Shown: piece after piece, positions 31,037 through 42,051 of the stretch
How the letters are laid out: the number at the start of each line of letters is the position of its first letter
How positions within the stretch are numbered: position 1 is the stretch's first letter
Origin: Escherichia coli
Lineage (GTDB): Bacteria > Pseudomonadota > Gammaproteobacteria > Enterobacterales > Enterobacteriaceae
Strand: one strand, 5' to 3'
Length of the DNA: 64,000 nt
Assembly (NCBI RefSeq): GCF_024700885.2
Contig: NZ_CP117016.1
Notes under the pieces: generated by a model
What the model saw: only the letters and a program-made list of their open reading frames with translations
Told to the model about the DNA's origin: nothing
Database searches by the model: none
Position numbers and translations under genes: made by a program

Positions 31037-31284
31037 TTTCCTCTCCAGTTCAGATTGCTGCGATATTAATCTTTCGTTTTGTTTCAGTTGATACTGCGTC
31101 ATGGTGAGATAAAAATAAAACGAAAGATAATGGTTTTCTGATCTGATTCACAAAAGAAACATAATGAAAGTCAGTGAAACGAGAGTAGCTTGCGCCAATG
31201 GGCAAGGTGGGCTTGCATTTGCTTAATAGAAAGGCGTTAATAGGCAAAACGAAATGAAACGAAAGTTTTACGAAAGGACTTACT

Positions 31285-32109
31285 ATGAGTAATACCGACG
31301 CTTCAGGTGAGAAGCGAGTGACAGGCACCAGCGAGCGACGAGAACAGATCATTCAGCGTCTGCGACAGCAAGGGAGTGTGCAGGTTAACGATCTGTCGGC
31401 ATTGTATGGCGTATCTACTGTGACGATCCGCAACGATCTGGCGTTTCTGGAAAAGCAGGGAATCGCTGTGCGTGCCTATGGTGGCGCGTTGATCTGCGAT
31501 AGCACGACGCCGTCAGTCGAGCCATCAGTGGAAGACAAAAGCGCACTGAACACCGCGATGAAACGCAGCGTTGCGAAAGCTGCCGTTGAGTTGATTCAGC
31601 CAGGTCATCGGGTGCTCCTCGATTCCGGGACCACCACTTTTGAGATTGCTCGTCTGATGCGCAAGCACACTGACGTAATTGCGATGACCAACGGTATGAA
31701 CGTGGCTAATGCGTTGCTGGAAGCGGAAGGCGTTGAGCTGCTGATGACCGGCGGGCATTTGCGCCGTCAGTCGCAATCTTTTTACGGCGATCAGGCTGAG
31801 CAATCGCTGCAAAATTACCACTTCGATATGCTGTTTCTTGGTGTAGATGCGATCGATCTGGAGCGCGGCGTCAGCACGCATAATGAAGATGAAGCCCGTT
31901 TAAACCGCCGGATGTGCGAAGTTGCGGAACGGATCATCGTGGTCACCGATTCCAGTAAGTTCAATCGTTCCAGTTTACATAAGATCATTGATACTCAACG
32001 TATCGACATGATCATTGTTGATGAAGGCATTCCTGCGGATAGTCTGGAAGGCTTGCGAAAGGCTGGGGTTGAAGTGATTCTGGTCGGGGAGCTCGCGTCT
32101 TCGCTGTGA
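31285..32109 (+). CDS. agaR: DeoR-family repressor AgaR
   Basis: 274-aa ORF near-identical to E. coli AgaR as recalled ([59 protein letters not shown]..). Confidence 0.9.
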   Translation: MSNTDASGEKRVTGTSERREQIIQRLRQQGSVQVNDLSALYGVSTVTIRNDLAFLEKQGIAVRAYGGALICDSTTPSVEPSVEDKSALNTAMKRSVAKAAVELIQPGHRVLLDSGTTTFEIARLMRKHTDVIAMTNGMNVANALLEAEGVELLMTGGHLRRQSQSFYGDQAEQSLQNYHFDMLFLGVDAIDLERGVSTHNEDEARLNRRMCEVAERIIVVTDSSKFNRSSLHKIIDTQRIDMIIVDEGIPADSLEGLRKAGVEVILVGELASSL

Positions 32110-32171
32110 TTCACTATGCCCGATAAACAAGCGTTATCGGGCATAATACAACTTAATGTATGAAGAGAATA

Positions 32172-33422
32172 TCAGGCCACCGGTGCCGGGTTAAACACTG
32201 CCAGTTGGTTATGCAATCCCCATTGATCCGAGAGGGTTTTCTTCTTCCCGCTGGCGACGTCGAGAATAAAGTGGAACAACTTCCAGCCCACCTCTTCAAT
32301 GGTTTCTTCGCCGGTAGCGATAGTGCCTGCGTTAATATCCATTAAATCAAACCAGTGGTTCGCCAGCCCGGTGCGGGTCGCCATTTTAATAACGGGTACC
32401 TCCATCAGGCCGTACGGCGTACCACGGCCGGTCGTAAACACTTGCACGGTGATACCCGAAGCCACCTGTTGCGTGCCACAGACAAAATCGCTGGCTGGCG
32501 TCGCGGCGTAAATTAATTCGCGTTTAGTCGGGTGTTGACCGGGCGACAGCACTTCAACAATTGCGGTTTTACCCGATTTAGCAATGGAGCCGAGTGCTTT
32601 CTTTACCACGTTGGCGAGGCCGCCCTTTTAGTTGCCCGGCGAAGGGTTGGCGCTGCGGTCGGTTTTGCCCATATCGGGATAGTTATCGTATCAGGCCATC
32701 TCTTCGAGCAGACGCCTGCCCACTTCTTCATTGATGGCGCGTGGCGTTAACAGATGAATGGCGTCGCGTACTTCAGTGACTTCGGAGAACATCACCGTTG
32801 CGCCGCAGCGCACCAGCAGGTCAGAGTCGTAGCCGACAGCGGGGTTAGTGGTAACGCCGGAGAACGCGTCGCTGCCACCGCACTGCATGCCCACCACCAT
32901 CACTTCGCCACCGAAGTTTGGGTTCAGCGCAATATTATGGATGGTGCGAATTGGCACCACGGCGGCCGGTACATTAATCGCTACGCCACAGCCGTAGAGG
33001 TGGTTCAAGTCGACCACGCCGTCGATGCTCAGGTATTTCGGCAGCAGGTCGCGTTCGATAATTTTAACCACGTAGTCCTCAACGTCTGCCATGCAGTGCA
33101 CGCTGGTGGTAATACCCAACAGGTTTTTGGTGCCCACGCTGCCGTCGGCGTTGCGGTAACCTTCAAAGGTGTAATCTTCCTGCGGCGGCTGCGGCTCCGG
33201 CACTTTGGTCGCCCGAGGCAGGGTGTTAAGCGGCGGCGCTTTCGGTAGCGTGACCGTGGATTCGTCGATCCAGCTGCCTTTGGCGACATCGCGTACCGTG
33301 TAACCGATAGCGAATGATTTCACCATTATGAGGAAGGTTGTTATCCCTTTTCTGGCGTATTCGTCATTCCATTCGTATCCCCGGTACCGGATGTTTATAT
33401 CGTACAGTGCCGGTGCTGGCAT
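32172..33422 (-). pseudogene. garD: garD (galactarate dehydratase) pseudogene with internal deletion and frameshifts
   Basis: Two adjacent ORFs (32691..33422 and 32172..32609) match GarD N- and C-terminal parts (..[25 protein letters not shown].. and ..[29 protein letters not shown]); about 70 central residues are missing and the frame is broken. Confidence 0.8.
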
Positions 33423-34533
33423 GCTTTCCTGCAGGTCTGCACCGGTTTAACAAACAAAACTTAACAGAGTCTGAAGGAGTAGTATTCCGTGCAAATAACC
33501 GAAGCGTTACTTTCAGAGCCGGGAGATATCTGGCGTTTTGTTCAGCAGGCGGTGGACCACTGGCCGCGTCTGCTGGCAGTCCACTTCACGCGTCATTCGA
33601 CCAGAGTAAATATTGATGATTACTAGATTCGTGTATTTTATCAGGCATTTTACTTGCGAATAAATCCCCTTGCTATCCAGCGAAACCACACAGGTAGCTA
33701 TTACCATATGTGGTAATACACTAGTTACAGGAAAAATATGCAAGTTCCGCAATACGTTGTGTGTTGCTCCTTAGCCAGGATCTTTTCTTCCATGCGAGAT
33801 ATGACAACAATTTTGAGGAAGGATGTTCGTAACTGGTAGAGTTACTACAACAAGCATGGGAGGCTCTGACTCTGACAGACATTGTACTGTGGAATGTTGT
33901 TACAGGTTGGGGCGGCAACCGTGCCAGGAGACCATGAGCCGTTCACGGCATTAAAGGCCACACTTCAGTCGTTTACATTCCCTATGGTGGCAGGCATCTT
34001 CCATTAAGGCGTCAGAGCGTTACCAACGTTATGTTGTCATGGCTCATCTTTCATAGTCGATGCTTATCTGGTGGCTGAAACTAGCCGCAGATAAAGAGTG
34101 TGAAGTTGATACCATGGAGTGGAGTGACGTGCAGGCAGGAGATTCGCTCTATGCAGGGTTGTGAGATGAATTCAAACCGGCTGGCAGCGCCAGTGATATT
34201 CGAAGATTCGTCCGGTTGTTACCCAGTATGCATTAAAAACCCAGACATTATGGACAATATAACGGCTTCTACAACAAGGAAGTGCCTGTTTACCATCCGG
34301 GTGTAATGACTCACCTTTGTGGGCTTTTGCCCGTCGCGCTCTTAACGTTGAAGACATTCTCTGCCTGCCGATTCAGGACTGCGACAAAAGCCATATCTGG
34401 CTACTGGTCAAGGATGACCAGCGTCTGGAGTAGGTGATAAGCCAAATAGATAAGCTGGAATATGTGGTGAAAGTGCAACGTAATCAGTCCAATCCGACGA
34501 TGTTTAACAAGATTGTGGTGTTTTTTCAGTAAG

Positions 34534-35319
34534 TCATTCGTCTTCTGAATCAGGTGTAATGATCTTTACAGAACCATTCCGGCAGTGCGTAACATAATCT
34601 GCCGGTAACGGACGATCGCTAATCAGAACGTCAAATGCAGAGATCGGTGCGAGGCTGGCAGAGGCCACTTCATCGAACAACGCGTGGCGGGCGAGCAAAA
34701 TTTTCCGTAGTCCACGGTTCATCGCTTTACGCTTAGTGGCAAGATCTTCAGGGTTAAACCAGCTGACGCCAAAGTGATTATGCACACCGCTGGCGGAAAT
34801 AAATATTTTTCGCGGATTGAGAGAGTCTAATGGCGAAGAGTTACTGGCATCGTAAAAAGCATCACTTCTGGCACGATACGTACCACCACAAAGTATTGCT
34901 GTTACATTAGGCTTTTCATTCAACGCAACAAAGACGCGATGTGAGTAACAGATACCGGTGAAGGTGATTGCATCCGGGATCATGCTTATAACGAGTGGTA
35001 TCTCCTGACCATTATCAAAGAAGATCAGATCATTTTCATTAACCATTCCGGCAGCCAGAATTGCAATAGGTAAGTCATCACGATGATTTTTTGGAACGTC
35101 ATGGATTACTGGCATGGATGGCGCGGGTTTATTCACCATTACAATATAGCCACCCAGTAGGGTCAGTGGCAGAGGTTCATCTTCCTGATGGAGATCGCGA
35201 CGAATAGTCATTACAGAAACTTCCAGCATTCGCGCTGCGTCTTTCAAATGGATTCTGTCGGTTTTCTTAAGCAGTTCCATCAAACGTCGGATACGCTCTT
35301 TTTGCTTCGTTTCCATCAA
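34534..35319 (-). CDS. deoQ: DeoR-family regulator of the deoxyribose operon (DeoQ-like)
   Basis: 261 aa; N-terminal HTH (IRRLMELLKKTDRIHLKDAARMLEVSVMTIRRDL) and sugar-binding domain; divergent from the deoK operon. Confidence 0.7.
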   Translation of the reverse strand: MMETKQKERIRRLMELLKKTDRIHLKDAARMLEVSVMTIRRDLHQEDEPLPLTLLGGYIVMVNKPAPSMPVIHDVPKNHRDDLPIAILAAGMVNENDLIFFDNGQEIPLVISMIPDAITFTGICYSHRVFVALNEKPNVTAILCGGTYRARSDAFYDASNSSPLDSLNPRKIFISASGVHNHFGVSWFNPEDLATKRKAMNRGLRKILLARHALFDEVASASLAPISAFDVLISDRPLPADYVTHCRNGSVKIITPDSEDE

Positions 35320-35621
35320 CTCTCTCTCCGTAAGAATGTTATAAAAATAACATTTTGGCGTTAGTAAACATTGTTTTCATTACCATACTATACGACCGCC
35401 CCTTTGAAATGAAAAGGGTATAGGCTGCTGAGTTTTCGGTATTAATCCTGTTAGGTTGCTTATGATTAGATCGTGTTGGCCTGAGTGATGAGACTGGAAG
35501 TCTATTAAATAAACATCGGGTTGATGTGCTAATCGCGATCTCAGTCACAAATGATGCAAAAGTAACATGCTAATGTTATTTAAATACCATTGTTATGCGA
35601 AAGTTTATAAGAGGTAGTGAA

Positions 35622-36542
35622 ATGGACATTGCAGTTATTGGTTCCAATATGGTGGATCTCATTACTTACACTAATCAGATGCCTAAAGAAGGAGAAACTC
35701 TGGAAGCACCTGCCTTCAAAATCGGATGTGGTGGGAAAGGTGCTAATCAAGCGGTGGCGGCGGCTAAATTGAATTCAAAAGTCCTGATGCTGACTAAAGT
35801 AGGTGATGATATTTTTGCGGATAATACTATTCGTAATCTCGAATCATGGGGAATTAATACCACTTATGTTGAGAAGGTCCCCTGTACCAGCAGTGGTGTT
35901 GCACCGATCTTTGTTAATGCCAACTCGAGCAATAGTATATTAATAATTAAGGGAGCGAATAAATTTCTTTCCCCGGAAGATATCGATCGAGCTGCAGAAG
36001 ATCTGAAAAAATGCAAATTGATCGTTTTACAACTGGAAGTTCAACTGGAAACAGTTTACCACGCGATTGAGTTTGGTAAGAAAAATGGTATTGAAGTGTT
36101 ATTAAATCCGGCTCCGGCATTGCGTGAGTTAGATATGTCTTATGCCTGCAAATGTGATTTCTTTATCCCGAATGAAACAGAACTGGAAATATTAACCGGT
36201 ATGTCGGTTGATACTTATGATCATATTCGTTTGGCCGCACGTTCGTTAGTTGATAAAGGGCTGAACAATATTATTGTTACCATGAGCGAAAAAGGCGCAT
36301 TATGGATGACCCGCGATCAGGAAGTCCATGTTCCTGCATTCAAAGTAAATGCTGTTGATACTAGTGGCGCTGGTGACGCATTTATTGGTTGCTTTTCCCA
36401 TTATTATGTTCAAAGCGGTGATGTTGAAGCCGCTTTGAAAAAAGCCGCTCTCTTTGCCGCTTTCAGCGTCACAGGGAAAGGTACGCAATCATCTTATCCG
36501 AGTATTGAACAATTTAATGAATTTTTAACCTTAAACGAATAA
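35622..36542 (+). CDS. deoK: Deoxyribokinase DeoK (PfkB/ribokinase family)
   Basis: MDIAVIGSNMVDLITY..GGKGANQAVAAAKL.. and C-terminal DTSGAGDAF motif; matches DeoK of Salmonella and pathogenic E. coli as recalled. Confidence 0.85.
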   Translation: MDIAVIGSNMVDLITYTNQMPKEGETLEAPAFKIGCGGKGANQAVAAAKLNSKVLMLTKVGDDIFADNTIRNLESWGINTTYVEKVPCTSSGVAPIFVNANSSNSILIIKGANKFLSPEDIDRAAEDLKKCKLIVLQLEVQLETVYHAIEFGKKNGIEVLLNPAPALRELDMSYACKCDFFIPNETELEILTGMSVDTYDHIRLAARSLVDKGLNNIIVTMSEKGALWMTRDQEVHVPAFKVNAVDTSGAGDAFIGCFSHYYVQSGDVEAALKKAALFAAFSVTGKGTQSSYPSIEQFNEFLTLNE

Positions 36543-36569
36543 TCATCCTGCACAGTTAAAGGTAGCACT

Positions 36570-37886
36570 ATGAACGATAAAAACATCATTCAGATGCCTG
36601 ATGGGTATCTGAATAAGACTCCCTTGTTCCAGTTTATTTTGTTATCGTGTTTATTCCCGCTATGGGGATGCGCAGCTGCATTAAATGACATATTAATCAC
36701 TCAATTCAAAAGTGTATTTTCGCTAAGTAACTTTGCTTCAGCATTGGTGCAGAGCGCATTTTATGGAGGTTATTTTTTAATTGCAATACCAGCATCCCTT
36801 GTGATTAAAAAGACCAGTTATAAGGTGGCAATTTTAATTGGCCTGACGCTGTATATTGGTGGTTGTACACTTTTTTTCCCTGCCTCGCATATGGCAACCT
36901 ACACTATGTTCCTTGCAGCTATTTTTGCGATTGCGATTGGCCTGAGTTTCCTTGAAACTGCAGCGAACACATACAGTTCAATGATCGGTCCAAAAGCCTA
37001 TGCCACATTGCGGCTCAATATCAGCCAGACCTTTTATCCGATTGGTGCTGCGTCTGGTATTTTATTGGGCAAATATCTGGTTTTCTCCGAGGGGGAAAGC
37101 CTTGAGAAGCAGATGTCCGGAATGAACGCCGAGCAAATTCACAACTTTAAGGTGCTGATGTTAGAGAACACCCTTGAACCGTATAAGTATATGATTATGA
37201 TTCTTGTTGTGGTCATGGTGTTGTTCCTTTTAACCCGCTTCCCAACCTGTAAAGTGGCACAGACAAGTCACCATAAATGCCCGTCAGCAATGGATACGCT
37301 GCGCTATCTGGCTAAAAATTCGCGCTTTCGTCGTGGTATTGTGGCTCAATTCCTTTATGTGGGTATGCAGGTCGCAGTATGGTCATTTACCATCCGTCTG
37401 GCACTGGAGTTGGGCGATATCAACGAACGTGATGCTTCAAACTTCATGGTCTACAGCTTTGCCTGCTTCTTTATTGGCAAGTTTATAGCCAACATCCTTA
37501 TGACACGTTTTAATCCGGAAAAAGTCCTAATTCTCTATTCCGTTATAGGGGCGCTGTTTCTGGCATATGTTGCACTGGCTCCAAGTTTCAGCGCGGTCTA
37601 TGTCGCCGTCCTGGTAAGTGTTTTGTTTGGCCCTTGCTGGGCGACGATCTATGCAGGAACACTGGATACAGTTGATAACCAACATACAGAAATGGCAGGA
37701 GCAGTCATTGTTATGGCTATTGTTGGCGCAGCGGTGGTTCCGGCAATTCAGGGGTATATTGCAGATATGTTCCACTCACTACAGCTTTCATTCCTGGTTT
37801 CTATGCTCTGTTTTGTCTATGTCGGTGTCTACTTCTGGCGTGAAAGCAAAGTACGTAATGCACTGGCTGAAGTCACAGAGTCCTGA
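36570..37886 (+). CDS. deoP: Deoxyribose permease DeoP (FucP-like MFS transporter)
   Basis: 438 aa, about 12 predicted TM segments, directly downstream of deoK. Confidence 0.8.
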   Translation: MNDKNIIQMPDGYLNKTPLFQFILLSCLFPLWGCAAALNDILITQFKSVFSLSNFASALVQSAFYGGYFLIAIPASLVIKKTSYKVAILIGLTLYIGGCTLFFPASHMATYTMFLAAIFAIAIGLSFLETAANTYSSMIGPKAYATLRLNISQTFYPIGAASGILLGKYLVFSEGESLEKQMSGMNAEQIHNFKVLMLENTLEPYKYMIMILVVVMVLFLLTRFPTCKVAQTSHHKCPSAMDTLRYLAKNSRFRRGIVAQFLYVGMQVAVWSFTIRLALELGDINERDASNFMVYSFACFFIGKFIANILMTRFNPEKVLILYSVIGALFLAYVALAPSFSAVYVAVLVSVLFGPCWATIYAGTLDTVDNQHTEMAGAVIVMAIVGAAVVPAIQGYIADMFHSLQLSFLVSMLCFVYVGVYFWRESKVRNALAEVTES

Positions 37887-37897
37887 GGAGAATCGTT

Positions 37898-38911
37898 ATG
37901 AGTACGCGTATTTATTTGTGGCGGGCGCTTTTTGGCGAAAAACCTCGTATCTTGCTGGAAAATAGTGATTTTACTGTCACGTCTTTTCGCTATGACAGTG
38001 GTGTCGAGGGGCTTAAAATTGCAAACAGTCGTGGACATTTAATTATTCTTCCCTGGATGGGGCAGATGATTTGGGATGCGCAATTTGATGGACACAGTCT
38101 CACCATGTGCAATATGTTTCGCCAGCCTAAACCGGCGACAGAGGTGATAGAGACCTATGGCTGTTTTGCCTTTCATTCAGGTTTGCTGGCTAATGGCTGC
38201 CCATCTGCGGAAGATACTCATCTGCTACACGGTGAAATGGCCTGTGCCGCGATGGATGAAGCATGGATGGAATTAGAGGGAGATATGTTACGCCTTACCG
38301 GGCGTTACGAGTATGTAATGGGGTTCGGGCATCATTATCTGGCTCAGCCAACAGTGGTCCTTCACAAATCCTCTACATTGTTCGATATTAAGATGGCCGT
38401 AACCAATCTGGCTTCTGTAGATATGCCACTACAATATATGTGCCACATGAATTATGCATATATACCAAATGCTACGTTCAGCCAGAATATACCGGACGAA
38501 ATATTAAGGTTGCGTGAATCAGTACCTTCGCATGTTAATCCCACCGCCCAGTGGCTGGCGTTTAATCAACGAATTATGCAGGGAGAAGCCTCTCTGTCGA
38601 CGCTGAATCAACCGGAATTTTATGATCCAGAAATAGTCTTCTTTGCAGACAAACTGGACGCTTACACAGATCAGCCAGAGTTTCGCATGATCGCTCCCGA
38701 TGGCACTACGTTTGTTACTCGTTTCTCCAGTGCTGAACTAAATTATGTGACACGCTGGATCCTTTATAACGGCGAGCAACAGGTAGCCGCCTTTGCATTA
38801 CCAGCAACCTGTCGACCTGAGGGGTATCTTGCCGCGCAACGTAATGGCACGCTGATTCAGGTTGCACCGCAGCAAACGCGCACTTTTACAGTCACCACAG
38901 GTATTGAATAA
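37898..38911 (+). CDS. deoX: DeoX/DeoM-like putative deoxyribose mutarotase
   Basis: 337-aa ORF terminating the deoK-deoP operon; position and size match deoX. Confidence 0.7.
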   Translation: MSTRIYLWRALFGEKPRILLENSDFTVTSFRYDSGVEGLKIANSRGHLIILPWMGQMIWDAQFDGHSLTMCNMFRQPKPATEVIETYGCFAFHSGLLANGCPSAEDTHLLHGEMACAAMDEAWMELEGDMLRLTGRYEYVMGFGHHYLAQPTVVLHKSSTLFDIKMAVTNLASVDMPLQYMCHMNYAYIPNATFSQNIPDEILRLRESVPSHVNPTAQWLAFNQRIMQGEASLSTLNQPEFYDPEIVFFADKLDAYTDQPEFRMIAPDGTTFVTRFSSAELNYVTRWILYNGEQQVAAFALPATCRPEGYLAAQRNGTLIQVAPQQTRTFTVTTGIE

Positions 38912-39682
38912 CCACATTTACGCGCTTATCGCTAAGGTAAGCGCCATTCTGCCTGCAGAAATCTACCTGCCGAAGTGATGCTTCAGTGGTAAGCGGCTCA
39001 CCAAAACCGTATTGATATTTACTGAGAGGCCAGCTCAACTATTTAGAGCAACAGATCGTGTACCCGGTTTGCCGGCCAGTCCTAGATATGCTCAATGACA
39101 TAACGCATCCATTTTTCTGGCTCCACATCGTTCAGACGGCATGTGCACAATACCAAAACGGCAAGCGTTTGAGGCGAAGCACATATATACAGGACAGCTT
39201 TATCGTCATTGCATTACCGAAACGGCTTTCATCGCTGCAAGGTTTTTCTTTGCCGGAATGTATCCGGTCAGCTTATAACCTGCTGATAACCTGCGCCCTT
39301 AAACATGCGGGCTGCAGCCTGTTGAGCCTGCCTGAAATGAGCTAGGATTAGGTGAAACACCTATCCATCTTGGTGTACTGTACATATGAAGCATGTGCCT
39401 TGATGCAGCTTGTAGCGATTTGTATGCAACCGATGACATTAATCCGTAAGACATGGGAAAAGATAGCAACTGAGATCCTAAGTTTGAATGTTATCACGCC
39501 TGCGTTTGAGAAACTTCGTTGGAAAAGTAACCTCGGTAAACCCCCGTGCCCTGAGCTCATTCCGGAGATGCTGTCATAGTGACCGTCTTGCTATTGGTGG
39601 GAATTGGAGACTGAATGTTTTGACAAGACAGTCCGGGAAATTCTGGGTGTAATCATATAAGACAGGTGATATTGCGTTCTCC

Positions 39683-39753
39683 AACCCTTTAGCTCAGTGG
39701 TAAGAGGACTCATAATCGCTTGGTCGCTGGTTCAAATCCAGTAAGGGCCACCA
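39683..39753 (+). pseudogene. Degenerate tRNA-Ile2/Met-like sequence (CAU anticodon loop), probably a pseudo-tRNA
   Basis: aaccctttagctcagtggtaagagg-actcataatcgcttggtcgctggttcaaatccagtaagggccacca aligns with E. coli ileX/ileY (GGCCCCTTAGCTCAGTGGTTAGAGCAGGCGACTCATAATCGCTTGGTCGCTGGTTCAAGTCCAGCAGGGGCCACCA) but has acceptor-stem mismatches and lacks about 5 nt of the anticodon stem. Confidence 0.6.
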
Positions 39754-40351
39754 TCACACACTGCCACTGGCCCATTGCGCCATGCCCGGCACATATCAGT
39801 CACAGAGCCTTTCGGGGATAATTTGCAGAGTGGTCTGGCTGACTTTCTCTGTAGGCAGATCGTTCCCGCTTGATAGCTCATCCCCCAAAGAAACGTCACG
39901 ATATTTGGTATTTTCAAAATTCAAAAAGAAAACCCGCAGAGTGGCAACAGAGATTAAAAAGTTTGAGAAACGCGATCTGGCACAGGCGGTGATTGGTGTT
40001 GGAGTGATGGTAGATTTTATCAGCCGGATAATGTCGGTTCTGGCTGATAGCTGGGGTTGTTGGTGTGGTCTTCCTATTGATGAAAAAACAAGCAATTACT
40101 TGGCATATTATCTGTAACACTTTAAAACTGTTAAGAAGATCACAATTCATTATGTTTATTATTGTCTGGCCGGAGGGATATTTGTTAAAAAGTGCGCCGT
40201 GTGGTGAATCCCCCTGTGCGGTGGGGCGACTGGTGTACATAGCATTTATTATGTTATGAGCGAAGCCTACGCGGGTTCAGTGACACCGACTGAATTCACC
40301 GGGAGGCACCCGGCACCATGCAACAGACGCAAGTTAGGCTAAGCCTTATAC

Positions 40352-40379
40352 CCCTGTAAGTTTTTTACAGGGTTTTTTT
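40352..40379 (+). terminator. Rho-independent terminator-like hairpin
   Basis: ccctgtaa-gtttt-ttacaggg followed by ttttttt. Confidence 0.6.
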
Positions 40380-40448
40380 GTGCACAGAAAACCCCCAGCT
40401 AGGCTGGGGGGGCCGGAAAGCTTTCAGCTTTGAGCCAGTTATTAAAAC

Positions 40449-40607
40449 TCTGAACCGGTTCCTGGCACGAATATCATTCCCGGCCTGCGCTTTGATTATC
40501 TCAGCGACTCCGGCGGGAACTTCAGCCGCAGTCTGAATCTTTCGCAGGAATTGGGCGATTATTTCAAAGTCAAAGCAGGGGTTGCCCGAACCTTTAAAGC
40601 CCCAAAC
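40449..40607 (+). pseudogene. iroN: iroN internal fragment upstream of the IS150 insertion
   Basis: Translation ..EPVPGTNIIPGLRFDYLSDSGGNFSRSLNLSQELGDYFKVKAGVARTFKAPN matches the middle of the salmochelin receptor IroN; no iroN 5' sequence precedes it. Confidence 0.8.
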
Positions 40608-42051
40608 TGTACTGACCCCAAAAAGTTGGACAGTTAAACACGAGGCATATAGGTCTGATTCCGATATTCAATTGGAGTCAGACCTTTTAATTTCAGGCTA
40701 ATTCTTCTGCTGTTGTAGTATTCAATATATTCCGTAACAGCATCCTTCAGTTCGCTTATATTACTGAACTCATCAAGATAAAAACACTCCGACTTTAAGG
40801 TTCCAAAGAAACACTCCACCACAGCATTATCCAGACAATTGCCTTTTCTGGACATGCTTTGTTTAATACCATGTTCTTTAAGGATATTTTGATATCTTCT
40901 CATACGATACTGCCATCCCTGGTCAGAGTGCAGAACAGGATGCTCGTGAGGATTAAGCATTTTTGAATGCCTGATCGAGCATATTCTCAACCATGTTCAT
41001 CACTGGTCTTTCCGAAAGGCTGTAAGAAATAACATCATTGTTGAAGAGATCTATTACTGGAGACAAATACAGCTTGCGCCCATTGACTGCAAATTCAGTA
41101 ACATCGGTAACCCACTTCTCGTTTGGCCGCGTAGCCTTGAAATCTCTTTGGAGAACATTGGGGGCGGTTTGCCCTACCTCTCCTCTGTAAGAGCGGTATC
41201 GCTTGACCTTAATCGCTGCCTTAAGTGAGAGGGTTCCCATCAGGCGCTGAACAGCTTTATGGTTAATCTGTTTCCCTTCTCGATGAAGAGACAGCGTTAC
41301 CCTACGGTATCCGTATCGGCCTCTATTCTCATGATAAATCTCACCAATACGCTTTTTAACGTCCGCATACTTGTCAGGCTTGCTGAGAGCCTTTAGATGG
41401 TAATAAAACGTACTGCGCGGTATCTCCGCAGCCCTGAGAAGCTCATCAAGAGGATAAAACTGCCTTAGCTCGTTGAGTACTTTCACTTTTTCGTGGAATG
41501 AGCTAAGGCTTTCAGCTTTTTTAGATACACAAGCCGCGTTTCAAGAAATCGAACTTGCCTTTCAAGATCCTCAATGCGTCGGTCTTTTGACAGCTCCAAT
41601 GCTGATGCCGCTTTTTCTGGATCAACTGATATTGCAATGTTTCTTTTGGTGCCAATCTTGAGCGCGCGTAAACCAGCTTCTCCGCGCTCTTCATAAACCT
41701 TCAGCCACCTGGCTACAGAACCACTACCAGCAAGCATAAAGTGAGCAGCAGCCTGATTAAGGGACATGTGCTGCTCGATCACAGCTTTCACGACCTTAAT
41801 ACGCAACTCTGGATCAGCACTAACACCTTTAGGTTTGGGAATTAAACCTTTTTCTCCATGTTTTTCATAGAGGGCAACCCATGTCCTGACCTGGATTCGG
41901 GGGGCACCAAAACGTGCCGAGATGATCCTGTAACCATCATCAGTAGTGAAGTAGTGATTCACGACTTCAAGGCGCTTTTCAAAAGGGTATTTTGGCTTTG
42001 ACATATCAGGGGCTATTCCATTTCATCGTCCAACAAAATGGGTGCAGTACA
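40608..42051 (-). mobile_element. IS150 (IS3 family) with frameshifted insK, inserted in iroN
   Basis: 1444 bp; ends tgtactgacccc.. and ..gggtgcagtaca; flanked by 3-bp target duplication AAC (40605-40607, 42052-42054). InsJ 41483..42004 (MSKPKYPFEKRLEVVNHYFTTDDGYRIISARFG..); InsK split into 40953..41486 and 40634..40990. Confidence 0.9.

Noticed and set aside
30698-31102. 134-aa ORF as an intact small gene
   Set aside because: Translation is a chimera of KbaZ N-terminus and KbaY-like C-terminus preceded by unsupported upstream codons; better explained as a deletion-fusion remnant
33338-34357. Several 60-90-aa ORFs in the garD-deoQ intergenic region
   Set aside because: No recognisable similarity or translation signals; region looks like recombination debris
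39058-39345. 95-aa ORF upstream of the pseudo-tRNA
   Set aside because: No homology or signal features recognised; low-complexity surroundings
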